Counted from the stretch's first letter, positions 13,650-26,655 are shown. The stretch is 64,000 nucleotides of DNA from Octopus vulgaris (GCA_951406725.2 OX597819.1:127472001-127536000); one strand, 5' to 3'. A program made the numbers and translations. The notes: generated by a model from the sequence alone, not told the origin.

Positions 13650-14040
13650 CATTGGACACTGAACTCTGCTTGCGAAGACCTGTTGAGGCAAATGAAATCG
13701 AAATCAAATTCGATGGCTGTCACCCGTGCTAGTGGAGTGCTAAGAGCACTATCCCAGCGTGATCGTTGCCAGAGCAGCTGACTGGCTTCCGTGCCGGTGG
13801 CACGTAAAAAGCACCATTCGAGCGTGATCGTTACCAGCGTCGCTTTACTGGCACTTGTGCTGGTGGTATGTGAAAAATATTCGAGCGTGGTCGTTGTCAG
13901 TGCTGATGGACTGGCTCCTGTGCAGCTGGCACGTAAAAAACACCATTTTATAGTTGCCGTTGCCAGTAAGGCCTGACTGGTCCTCGTGCCGGTGGTAAGT
14001 AAAAGCACCCACTACACTCTCGGAGTGTTTGGCGTTAGGT
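13650..14040 (+). mobile_element. SINE-like repeat fragment with about 4 internal tandem units of 60-65 bp
   Basis: Repeated GTGCCGGTGGCACGTAAAAAGCACC-type units; truncated at 14040 by the adjacent LINE. Confidence 0.6.
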
Positions 14041-14760
14041 TAATAGCACCACCTGGTAAAGTCTTTCAAGTCAGAATTTGGGCACTATGGCCCACTCAAG
14101 TAGAGAGTTATTGTTTACAGAGACATATCCGGGTGTAGGGGGTTTATCCGGGATTTCTTGAAGGAATCTGTCCAAAGACTTCTTGAACCCTATAGGGTCA
14201 GTTTCTGTTTTAATGTGTTTTGGTGTAGTGTTAAAGAGAGCGGGGCCAATTGAGGTGAAATAATTGTGCCGTATTGTTGTTATGAGATGAGAGTGCGATT
14301 TTTGTTTTGGGCGGATGACACGGGGCCCAAGCCTTGGATGTACCTTAAAGGTGATGCCAACATCATTTGGGCAATGCTGATGGAATATTTTCCACATCAT
14401 GCAGATGATGTAGCGCTCTCGACGACGTTGGAGAGAATAGAGTTTTAGCTTTTCTAGTCGACCCCAATAGTCGAGGCCTGTCATGCCATCTATCTTTTTT
14501 GTGATTGTCCTTTGAGGTGCTTCAACTTTTATGATACCTTGTATTGTGTGGGGAGACCACAGTGGACAACAGTATTCAAGGTGGGGTCGGGCAAAAGTGG
14601 AGAAGAGAAGGATAATGGTGTGGATATCTCTCGACTGGAAAGTTCTGAGAATCCAGGAACACATTCTGCGGGCCATGTCAACTTTGGTGTTTATATGAGT
14701 GGCCCAGCTTATGTTGTTGTCCACAATTACTCCCAAGTCTCTGATGTTGTTGGACGCCGC
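14041..14760 (-). mobile_element. CR1-group LINE, 5'-truncated (RT C-terminal part, about 230 aa still open)
   Basis: ORF 14071-14892: RDLGVIVDNNISW..HI...RPHLEYC..LWSP...RLEKLKLYSLQRRRER...FKKSLDRFL; the first ~45 aa are microsatellite read-through. Confidence 0.9.
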
Positions 14761-14899
14761 GAGATATATATACCTATATATATATATATAGGTATATATA
14801 TATATGTATATATATATATGAGCGCACACACGCACACACACAAACGTATATAAATACATAGTGAAGCTAATAGAAATGAAACTAATATACATAGTGAAA

Positions 14900-15186
14900 C
14901 TGTTAAAACTGAAAGTATTAGCTCATATTACAATCGAGATATTATTGTTTCACTTTTGACACGCAATCCTGAAATAGTGTAAGAGATAAGAGATTGCTCA
15001 GGCTCGTATTAGGCAAGAGGTTGCCAAATTGTTTTGGACCATGACCCTGCATGGACCCTAAGTAAGGCATGTGTAAAACTTGAATGAAAGCGGCAGGGTA
15101 GTTCTCGAGTTTTAGTCATGCACACATACATACATACATACATACAGACATACATACACACATAATCTCACTTTTATATATAGAGA
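14900..15186 (-). mobile_element. Non-autonomous Helitron 5' fragment
   Basis: Minus strand starts A|TCTCTATATATAAAAG followed by (TATG/TCTG)n, the same layout as 5803; 3' end not identified. Confidence 0.5.
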
Positions 15187-15664
15187 TTAAAGAAGAAAAA
15201 TTATCAGAAATATAATACTGTATGAAGGATTTTCTATTTCTTATTCTCATGTGTGTGTGTGTGTATGCATACGTTCATCAATGCCGCATACAGAATGACG
15301 ACTTAGCGATTTTGTTTCATCTTTTGTGGTGACGATCGTCAAGTACAAACCACTCCCGTCAATATGCTCTGTATAAAGCATACTCTTTCTCAAACCATTA
15401 TTGAACTCATATGCTTGTAGCTCTTTAATCCGAAACATTTATGCTCACGTAGATACAACCCACTCTGTATAAGCACGTAGTCACGTGTATACATAGATGT
15501 ATTACTCTTTCTCTCTCTCATGCCTCCTTTCCTGCCTATCCGTCCGTCTATCTATCTATCTATCTATCTCTCTATCTATCCTCCCGTATGGATACACATT
15601 CACACATATACGAACACACATACACACATACATACATGTATGTATGTATATATATATATATATA

Positions 15665-15885
15665 TAAGGATAAGATCGTTAATTTGAAAATAAAATAACG
15701 ATTTTATCAAGTGGTCAGCATGGAAAAAATACCCTTCAAAGGTAATAATATCTACGAGATACCACCATGCTGAAAATAGCAGCCATGATCTGACTCTAAA
15801 ACCACCTTAATTGTCCATATGTCAACACGGAGAGAAAACAAAGAGATAAGATGAAACTAGTAAAAAATTACTGGATTATTCTAGA
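15665..15885 (-). mobile_element. PLE pLTR fragment (3' of hammerhead), same family as 60600-60912
   Basis: Reverse complement of 60672-60910 with an internal indel; flanked by (TA)n. Confidence 0.75.
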
Positions 15886-15901
15886 CGATAAACATAAATA
15901 C

Positions 15902-15934
<33 letters not shown>

Positions 15935-15963
15935 AATACTATAAATTTTATATATAGTATATA

Positions 15964-15997
<34 letters not shown>

Positions 15998-16005
<8 letters not shown>

Positions 16006-16074
16006 TCAGTCATTCAACGATACTCATGGTGTTGCTCCACGTCAAGGAATTTTTAGCAAATTAACAAACCCCAG

Positions 16075-16116
<42 letters not shown>

Positions 16117-16120
16117 TCAT

Positions 16121-16167
<47 letters not shown>

Positions 16168-16290
16168 TTACTATTACTATTATTATTATTATTATTATTA
16201 TTTAAGCGAGGTACATGTTCTTTCGGTCCTTACGCCAAACAGCCTAACTACGGGTTCTTAAACACACCAACACTGGTTGTCATACATAAA
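15998..16290 (-). mobile_element. Degenerate SINE family A 3' half with expanded (TTC)(TAG)(TAT) tract
   Basis: TGTTTCAGTCATT...GCTCCAC...CCCAGTACTT...AAACACACCAACACTGGTTGTCA match family A. Confidence 0.6.
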
Positions 16291-16663
16291 GACACACAAT
16301 ATATATATTTTTACCTCAAATTTTTCAAATTTTTACGAATCTTTATTGGTTATTTAGAAGATGAAATACACCGAAACCGGTAATATTTTTATGTATATAA
16401 TTTTTTTATTAAATTCCCTCTTAAATTGAAATGTCTTAGACTTACTTCTGTGCTATTTCCACCTACATCTTATGCATATATATATATATGTATGTATGCA
16501 TGTATGCCTGTATGTATGTATGTATGTAAATGCAGTGTACTTTTAAACACATAAGAGATGTCCATAACAGGACATCTGACCTGCTAGAAGGAGTAGTTAA
16601 ACTCCAAACCACTATTACGGGTAATTTCGAAAGGGAATGAAAAATAAAAATATTTATCCTCTA

Positions 16664-16738
16664 TTTCCTGCACCATGGTTTCAAGCAATCTTCAGCAAAT
16701 AAAATAATTTACTGGGCGAAGCTCTCATCAGCAGGAAA
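16664..16738 (-). ncRNA. Type I hammerhead ribozyme (GUG at the cleavage site)
   Basis: Minus strand: tttcctg CTGATGA gagc...gctt GAAA ccatgg TG caggaaa; perfect 7-bp stem I, palindromic stem III. Confidence 0.75.
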
Positions 16739-16976
16739 ACTAAGATTAACATATAAAGACGAGGCGATATAGAACATGCCTCGTGTTTACATGTTATAAT
16801 TTTTCAAAATCCACCGCGCAAGAGCGTTTTTTTTATCCGCAGAAAATACAAAAAATGCCGATTTTCTTCCAAAACTAACCAAAGATCATTATATCATTAT
16901 TAATCAATTCCAGGGTAGCAAAATAATTCAGAAAATTTAAAAAAAAATTTTTTCTAATTCTTTTTACTACCTTGGA

Positions 16977-17017
<41 letters not shown>

Positions 17018-17019
17018 TG

Positions 17020-17066
<47 letters not shown>

Positions 17067-17117
17067 GTAGATAGATAGATATATATATATATAGACATAT
17101 ATATGCACACATATATA

Positions 17118-17149
<32 letters not shown>

Positions 17150-17224
17150 GCATATATATATAAATATAATTATTCATGTTTACCGAACATAAAATTCAGT
17201 ACATATACATATAATACATATATT

Positions 17225-17302
<78 letters not shown>

Positions 17303-18207
17303 CTCGTATGCATTTATATTTGTATATACACGCATATTCGTATTCATATATTTACGTAAATGCATCTCTCTCTCTTTCTCTCTCTCTCTTTATCTATCTA
17401 TCTATCGATACATACATACATACTTATGTACATACATATATATACATACATATTGCATCATATACATGGGGAGATGTTGTAATATCTAAAGTACAAATGA
17501 ACTTGATGGAACTTCAAAAGTACTGCTGTACCGCTGTGGATATAAAGTATAAACATTCCCATTCTTAGCAATGCCGTTGACCTGCATTTCTCCACAAAGG
17601 ATGAAAGCCAAAGTCAATCTACTGAATTAAGTGGAAACCTTTACACAACACAATGAAGCCGATGTCACTTCTTTAGTATCGTTCAATTGATTTCATCATG
17701 GTTGACATAGTGACAATTTATCTAACGAAAATTTTCTGATGCCATGTTCCCTACCTATATTTTCTTTATTTTCTTTATATTTAATACCAAACAAGCTGGT
17801 ATATTTTGAAGGCGTTTTAAAGATAATTTCTAAATATGTTCCTTTTAGATTCGCAACTCTTCGAGCCGATAGGATTTCGACGTTAACACTGAAAAGTTTA
17901 CGGTTTTTGTATTACAAGCACTGTGTCCCAGTCAACTGCTTTTCTTTCAACTTTACTTTGCCGTGAATAGCTCTAAGATATGAGTGGCTCTGTTACCATG
18001 CAGAATATAGTATGTAAATGATGCTTTTGATGAATATCTTTCGGAGAAAAAATATAAAAACAGATCCGTCTTTTATATAATGTATATGAAGCTGAAAGTT
18101 ATCCCAAAGGTACAATTCTGACCACTCTTTCGTTACCTTATGGTGGTCGATGGATTGTTCCAGCGCTAAGATGAGATGACTTGCATTACATATGCTATAT
18201 ATATATA

Positions 18208-18439
18208 TGTTTCTTTATTACCCACAAGGGGCTAAACATAGAGGGGACAAACAAGGACAGACAAACGGATTAAGTCGATTACATCGACCCCAGTGCGTAA
18301 CTGGTACTTAATTTATCGACCCTGAAAGGATGAAAGGCAAAGTCGATCTCGGCGGAATTTGAACTCAGAATGTAGCGACGGGCGAAATACCGCGAAGCAC
18401 TTCGCCCGGCGTGGTAACGTTTCTGCCAGCTCGCCGCCT
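18208..18439 (-). mobile_element. SINE family B
   Basis: Reverse complement of the 13216 type; flanking repeat ACATATGCTATATATA. Confidence 0.9.
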
Positions 18440-19036
18440 TAACATATGCTATATATATATACGATAACGGGATCTTACAGCTAACGTTCACATTAGCCAC
18501 TTGTACATACTCATCCTTTTAAATTCCCAAAGTCAATGTATATGAAGAGTGAGAATAAATCGACGCTACAAGAAATGCCTGAAAAAGTATTTCATGTTTG
18601 TAATATGTGAGCGGCTCAGAGGAAACAATAATCAGAAGTAACATCGGGTAATTGTCGAGCGTTTAGATGTGCTAAAATATAAGGCCACGGTCATATGTGT
18701 GTGTTTGTGTGTGTTTGTGTGTGAGTATACATACACGCCCACGAACATACATGCATATATACATTTCGGTTTCTCACTCTTTTTGTATGTATATGCACCA
18801 ATGTGTGGTGAACTTATTCCATTTTACACCACCACCTGGCACATTGAGTGACTTTAGCCGAATTCACTGAGCTGCAATCATTCCGGCCAGGCCTCCAGTG
18901 GAGGATAAATTCTTCCTTCCTTCCTATCCGTCTTAGAGACTCTCTAAAGGGCATAGGCACTTAAAGATAAATAAGGAAAATATTGAGCCAAGCAGTATTT
19001 GACATCAGAAAGTAACAGAGCTAATTTAATGACTAA

Positions 19037-19247
19037 GGGTGGCGAGCTGGCAGAATCGTTAGCGGTATTTCGTCTGCCGTTACGTTCTGAGTTCAAATTA
19101 CGCCGAGGTAAACTTTGCCTTTCATCCTTTCGGGATCGATTAAATAAGTACCAGTTACGCACCGGGGTCGATGTAATCGACTTAATCCCTTCGTCTGTCC
19201 GTGTTTGTCCCGTCTATGTTTATCCCCCTGTGTGCAATAAAGAAATA
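19037..19247 (+). mobile_element. SINE family B
   Basis: GGTGGCGAGCTGGCAGAATCGTTAGC head, same body as 13216, small internal deletion. Confidence 0.85.
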
Positions 19248-19928
19248 AAATTCCTAAAAACTATTTAACTTGGTTGCTCGAAGGAAATACCAACTTTCGA
19301 AAAGAGGAGAAACAGTTAAACATGGCTGAATTTGATTTCAAAATGTAAAGAGATGTAGCAAAAGAGGAAATTTTAAAATATTTTTCGTTTAAACTTTTAA
19401 GACGGATGCTATGCCCTCCTTTCGAGTAAAGTGTGTCAGTGAGACCAAGCCCAACGTATTACTGGTATTTGTTATCTTTCTGCATTGATATTGAATTAAC
19501 TTGGATCACGGCATAGTTATAACTGAAGTGGATAACTTCAAGCAACGAATTCCTTCGTACGTCACACATTTTTATCTTAACGTTTATTTATTTGCCTTCA
19601 AAAGTGTCATATATAATTCATGGATTTACTCGTTCTTCTGCGATGTGATGTGATAAATTAGATTCAATAAGGAATAACAAAAAGTAAAAAAAAAAGTATA
19701 GAAAATAACAACAATAACTTTGAGAAAACACTGAAGAAATATGGCTTCTCTCGTTCTACGTTTTGATGCTTTATTGTTTTTACTTTTTCACCCTTCATTC
19801 AATTTCTTTCTATTTTTTCGACATTTCTTTTTATTTACTGAGCCATATATACATTGCTTCATTCTTCCATCCAGATATATATTCATCTATCCATCTCGCC
19901 TCTCAAATAATGTACTAACTATAGATTC

Positions 19929-19982
<54 letters not shown>

Positions 19983-20066
19983 GTTATTATTATTATCGTC
20001 TCGGTGTAAAAAGTGAGATAGACAGTTGCAATGCATTTGCAAAATAAGTCCCTCCATAAAAGTTAA

Positions 20067-20130
<64 letters not shown>

Positions 20131-20297
20131 TATATATGTATATATATCTGTATGTATGTGTTTGTGTGTGTGTACGTGCATGTATATATGATATGTATGT
20201 TGTATGTACATATAACATGTATATATACATATATACATGCATATATAAATATATACATATATACATGTATGTATGTATATGTATATATATACACACT

Positions 20298-20337
<40 letters not shown>

Positions 20338-20432
20338 TAAATATATATATGTATATATATATACATACATATATATATAAATATAAATGTATATATATAC
20401 ATACATATATATATAAATATAAATGTATATAT

Positions 20433-20480
<48 letters not shown>

Positions 20481-20483
20481 CAT

Positions 20484-20544
<61 letters not shown>

Positions 20545-20688
20545 GAGAAAGAGGAGACAAAGATCGAGAAGGGAAGACAAGGAATGAACAAAAATAAAAG
20601 AAAATAATAGAGAAATCAACTGAAATAGGAAGAACAACAACACCAACACACAACCACAACAATATTAGCAAAACAGTGATGGCGACAA

Positions 20689-20744
<56 letters not shown>

Positions 20745-21091
20745 ATACATATGTATGTATATACGAGCCTGAAGCATAAAACTGTAGAAGAAACAATAAT
20801 AAATAAACAAAGACAACAGAAACAAAATAAGCTAAAAAATACCCAACAAAAATAAAGTTACTGAATGATAGAAGAATGCTAGAAATTATTTACAAGTATT
20901 CAAATGGGATTCTTCCAAGCGTGGACAGTGTCTAAATATGTCTGCCTGCTACAAAACCTACACACCCAATGCTGAGATGGATTTCGCTTTTTCCCTCTTT
21001 TTCTTCTTCTTCAAGTTCTAGTGATGTTGTTGCCGCTGCTGCTGTTACTTTTGTAGTTGTTGTTGCTCAAGAGACAATGATGACGATTATA

Positions 21092-21151
<60 letters not shown>

Positions 21152-21179
21152 TAGTTTTATTTTTGTTATTATTATTGTA

Positions 21180-21238
<59 letters not shown>

Positions 21239-22009
21239 CATTCTTCTTCTTCTTATTATTATTATTATTATTGTTATTATTATTATTGTTGTTGTTGTTC
21301 TTGTTGTTGTTGTTGTTATCATCATCATCATCATCATCATCATTCTTGTCATTCCCATCATCCTCATTCATCATCATAATCATCGTCATCATCATTATCT
21401 CCAACCATCTGCACCCATCGTTCGCGCCAACCTACTACTCACACACTTCCCCATCTCCACCACTCAACAACACCATCGCCATTCAACAACAACAACAACA
21501 ACAACAACCATAACTACATCTAATTACACACTAGAATTTTAACTATTGGAAAATGAAAATGATGATGTCTCCTCGAACTACCAGCTTCTGCATACTTTCT
21601 CAGACAGCAAATACTTTCCCTTGGTATATCACCAGTTCCAAATCAAGCCGATCTCTATAATATGGACATGTTCCTTTTCCTTGTTTATTTTGTTCTGTTT
21701 TTTTTTTTTTTTTTGTAATTTGCTTCTAGTTGTTTGTCTTCGATAAAATGAAAGTTTTTTCGATACTAAAAAGAATGTTACAGCTAAATATTTACTGGTG
21801 TCAAACTTGTTGTTCTTTTTCTGTTTTGTATTAGTCTAGAACACTCTAAATCTAATATCGGAGCAGATATCAATTTTCTGGAATTCTTTATAGGAATATT
21901 CTATGTTTCTTTATGGGAATTATTTCTGCCAAATATAATAATGTTCACCATAAAACATTAGGCACGAAGTGTAGATTTGTGGATGTAATAACTTATAGAA
22001 TTTTCTGTT

Positions 22010-22041
<32 letters not shown>

Positions 22042-23070
22042 TAATTTCAAGTCAGTCTTGTTTGAGCAGACACATGATTTAAAAGATTTCAAGCTAAAAC
22101 AATCCCACATTTGTGTTGGCATAGCATATCTAGGACAACATTATGCAATATGTTTTCCTTTTTTAATATTGTAATGGGCGTGGTTTTAGGGAGCGAAAGG
22201 TTCTTTCAGCAGCCAATCAAACAACCATTGAGTTTCCTAATCAACTATTTTATTGTGTCCGCTCTGGACGAGCAGAAGCACTGTGGGGTCTCTCTAACGA
22301 CTTTCTAAAGACAGTGGCTTCCTCCTCACATCACTCCCTTTAGTGTAATGAAAGGAAGAGACATTGGACAGTAAAGTCTTCAATTCATTGCATCTGAGAC
22401 TAAAATGTCACTTATTTAATCTAAGTGCGTTGTTTGAGCGATTAACGGGGGCCAAATTATAATAACAATGTCCGTTGGAGACGTCATTGATTTAAACCGC
22501 TCCAGATTAGATGGACTACGTAGAAATAACTGAGTCAATCCAAATCAACTATAATACCACGCCTTCATCGCAATTTATTATCTCCGTCATTATTGAGATA
22601 TAAACGGTAGAGTATAGGACAAAATGTATCGAAATATATATAGATTTTCTTATCTAAGTATTTAACTTGTAATTAATTTGACTTTGCATTTCGTACTAAG
22701 AAGTTGATAACGCCCCAGTCATGTAGTGTGACAGACATCAGTCAAAAACACTAATTCAACTACAAAAGCATGAAAACTATTCTTCTTCAAAAGCTATTAC
22801 ATGCTAATATAATTAGTAGAGATGATACCCTGAAGATTAGCATTAACAACTTTCCTCAAATTTCAATGTTTTTTTTTTTAGGTTTCTTCAAGAACGCAGT
22901 ATGACATTCTTCGGCATGTTGACAATGCGTGTCTCGGTTTCAATATACTTTAACACTACAAGTAATCTTTTCAAGCGTTGTACCGAGTGTAATAATTAGC
23001 TCAAGAGCATTTTTCATACTTGTTTCACAATCTCCTCGTCTCCCTCGTTATGTCATGATATCTCTCAATA

Positions 23071-24190
23071 GGACCCTCCTCTTCACCCTTTAATTTTTTT
23101 TTACAGAATCCCCAGTCTTAGATATGGAGATTCCGATTTTGAAAAAAAATTTTCAAAAATCGCAACTTCAAAATTTCAATCCCCCTCCCCCATTTCTTCA
23201 TTTCTCACTTTTTCCGGAAATTGTTTTTTTTTTTTTCTTTTGTGAAAAACGTACAAAAATACGGAAATTATGATTCTGAAAAAAAAATTGTTTGTAAAAT
23301 TTCAATTTTTCAAGAAAAAAGAAAAATTACCCCAACACCCTCCCCTCCTGATTCTACTGGCTTGGCCTTCAAGCAGGCTATTCACATGCTAGAAATTACA
23401 CCCAAATCTCACAAAACTGCGATAATATAATGAACGAAATATGTAAACATTCTACTCACCTTTCTGCAAAGATTTCTTTTAGAGTAATTTCCCGCAGTAA
23501 AATGACAAAGTGGAATTAAAGCGTTCATGTTTTTTTTTCACTTTTGTTTTTTAAGTTACAAAAAATACGAGTGCAGAAATAACAGTAAACTCTTTTGAAA
23601 GAAGAAAAGTACAAATAGGGAAGAAATACAGTGCCAAAGTGAAATGAAAGTGTTCCTTCATATCGTGTGTGCAAAGAGACGTTTTACTTGTGGTAATAAT
23701 GCCGTTTGTTTTCAGAAAATCCATTATTTTCTTTGGAGCAAGCTGTCTCAATATTTCCTCAAATGAACACTTTAATTTCACTTTGTCATATTACTGCGGG
23801 AAATTACTCCGAAAGAAATTCTTTGCAGAAAGGTGAGTAGATTCATTATGTTATCGCAGTTTTGTGAGATTTGGCTGTTATTTCTAGCATGTGAATAGCG
23901 TGCTTGAAGGCCAAGGTCGTAGAATCGGGAGGGGAGGGGGTTGGGGTAATTTTTTTTTTTTTCGCTTTTGAAAAATTGGAATTTACAAACAATTTTTTTT
24001 TCAGAATCATAATCTCCCTATTTTTGTACGCATTTCGCAAAAAAAAAAAAAAACAATTTCCGGAAAAAGTGAAAATGAAGAAATGGGGGAGGGGAGATTT
24101 TTGAAAAATTTTTTTCAGAATCGGAATCTCCATAGCCGAAGACGTGGGATTTCGTTAAAAAACAAAAAAATTAAAGCGGGGAAGGGTTTC
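23071..24190. mobile_element. Foldback DNA element with about 440-bp inverted arms
   Basis: 23071-23528 is the reverse complement of 23763-24190 with moderate divergence; the spacer carries minus-strand ORF 23551-23781. Confidence 0.85.
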
Positions 24191-24682
24191 GTTTACATCT
24201 CCGCCATGTGAGCCGAAATGATCTTACTATGAGTTTTTTTTTTCTATCCCCCTCTATAGTATCTTGTCTTGTTTCAGTAGTTTGATCAGTCTGTAGAGAG
24301 AAATGCAATAAAACCCTGTAATTACCATTCCCCATTAGAGTCTCTGGATTGTGTCGATGCAACTTTTCCGTCACATCAAAAGGCTAACACACATTTACTG
24401 GTTCAGTCGTGATTTGGTTTATACGCTTTTTTTATATTAGCTTAGCACACTCGTTTAGTAGATGGTTAATGCTTCCATCCCCTTCAACATTAGTTCTTTC
24501 ACGTGGTCCGAAAGATTTCTGATATGGCTGCCCAAATAGTCAAAGAGCCATCTTTATAGCTCACAGCTGGGGTCAAACAATCAGGGTTGGAGAGGCGTCT
24601 TTGAGTTGTACGTAACAACTCGCGCCGAAGTGGGATAAAAAGGGACAGGAATTCATGAGAAATGATAACATTGTTCCATTGT

Positions 24683-25047
24683 TACGTTTATATATTTGTT
24701 TTGCAAGATTTTTGATGTGAAATCGTATGCTGAAACAGATATTGTGGTATTTAGGAATGGTCATTTTGCCAGTTTAGCCAATAAAAACACACGCACTATA
24801 TATTTGGTGTTATTTTGCTTCAGCGTTATTTATTTTATCTTATTTCGGCCAGAGCTCTTTCGTCACACTTCTGTGACCTCATCAGTGGTCCTTTGCTTTC
24901 TTCTTTCTTATTTGTGTGTCTCTCCTTACTAACGGTCAGCCATTAATGTAAAAAATAAATAACGCTGAAGCAAAGTAAAACTAAACATATAGTGCGTGTG
25001 TTTTTATTGGCTAAACTGGCAAAATGACCATTCCTAAATACAACAAT
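24683..25047 (-). mobile_element. Complete mini PLE-like element: tail + inverted arms + hammerhead, 13-bp TSD
   Basis: TSD ATTGTTCCATTGT at 24670-24682 and 25048-25060; arms about 24739-24836 / 24952-25049. Confidence 0.8.
24847..24890 (-). ncRNA. Type I hammerhead ribozyme
   Basis: Minus strand: gacca CTGATGA g-gtcac-agaagt-gtgac GAAA gagc TC tggcc; palindromic AGAGCTCT spans stem III. Confidence 0.75.
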
Positions 25048-26063
25048 ATTGTTCCATTGTGCTATTGACAAATTCTCATAGTTAGGATATACTTCAGTGA
25101 AAAATAGTGAAAAATAGACTTCATCGGTGAAAAATCGACTTCACTATACTTGCTACAGTAGTGATAGGAGATTGAATAAGCAAAAATACAGGAATGTGGA
25201 CTGATAGGCGTAGGAAAATAGCTATGTTTGAAAGACAAAGTTACGAACCGAGAGATAGAAAAATATATTTAGGTCAAAAGATTGCTTAATAATAGATTGA
25301 AAAGCATAATGAAAACTGTGAAATCGTAAAATAACATCAAATACAATTACGAATGTAGTGATACACAGTTTAGATGACTTAGATTTAATATTTCGCATGC
25401 TTTCGTTTTTCATGTAATAGACTAGACGTCAAAATAATATTCCAGTTAACTTGTGAAAGAAAATTAATCACTTAAATTGTTCGCTAGTGTCCATTTCAGT
25501 GGTGATCGCTGAAAGAGCAGAAATCGTAAACCACTTTCAATTATCTGTTGCAGACATTTCGGTTTTCTTGTATCATGAAACTGAAGTTTACAATTCTCAA
25601 GTCTCTCTTTAAAAATATTAGTCCTTTGAGATATTTAAAGAAAGAAAACACTATTAGAAATGTGATGTCTGTCTTTTACATAATTATTGTTTCAAGAGAA
25701 AAAGATACAACTAAAAGAAAGTACTAAAAATCAAATCGCTAATCAATGAATATTAGATTTCCAGTTTCGATACATAGTCACCACATTTTTAGAGAAGGAA
25801 TAGTACCGAGTGAATCGACAATATATTAGTCGTACAATTTTATCGGGCATAGATGGATGAAAGGGAAAGATGTGAGGATTTTAGGATGTAAAGAGTAACG
25901 TATCAAGCCTTGTGTTTTTACTGTTCACCGGGCTTAAGTCATTCAGCTTTATATACACGGTATTATATACTGCGAAAGAAACTTCAAACAGGTATAAATG
26001 ATTGGATTGTGCAGATGAATAGTGAATGATATATTCGGTTAAAGTGTTAACATATAAAACTGA

Positions 26064-26484
26064 GGATCTTTTCGGTTTGAACGGAAGTTTTTTCTAGCGG
26101 TGTCATATGAAATTGTCCCCCATAATTATGACGCTAGTATCGATCTATTGCATTTCAGTCTGTTTTAGGGTTAGGGTTAGAGGTGGGGGGAAAGGGTATC
26201 TTTTTTCGTCAGAAATGTAAATAAACCCAATCTATTTCTTAAACGAGGGACATATTCATACGACATAGAATGTTTTCACTTCAATAGACGTCACTGATTG
26301 GTTGAAATTGCAGAAATTGAAGAAAAAAAAAACAACAAATATCTTACAAACTATAGAATTTTTTCTCAATAAAGCCAAGAGAAAAAGATGTTTTATAAAC
26401 ACATTCTACCAGTATACGAAGTTTAAAAGTGTTTAGTTACGTGGAAATTATTTTAAAAAACTGCCGTTCAAACCGAAAAGATCC
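26064..26484. mobile_element. MITE, probably Merlin-type
   Basis: About 30-bp TIR GGATCTTTTCGGTTTGAACGG(A/C)AGTTTTTT; 8-bp TSD AAAACTGA at 26056-26063 and 26485-26492. Confidence 0.85.
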
Positions 26485-26655
26485 AAAACTGATAGTGAAT
26501 ATTTTATAAATATTCAATATTCTAGTTTTTTTTTCTTTTTTTCTCTCTCGTTATTATTTCTGCTGAATTCGAAGGAAGAAGCAATTTGTAAATGAGTATT
26601 TCTGAATTTGTTCAGTTTACATCTCACTCACTCATTCAATCTATCTATCTCTCTG

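Noticed and set aside
13785-13840. Pistol ribozyme
   Set aside because: The hairpin, pseudoknot and A-run resemble it, but the P2/P3 arrangement and GU cleavage junction are missing.
13730-14015. CRISPR-like repeat-spacer array
   Set aside because: Eukaryotic context, degenerate units whose 'spacers' are homologous to each other, no cas genes.
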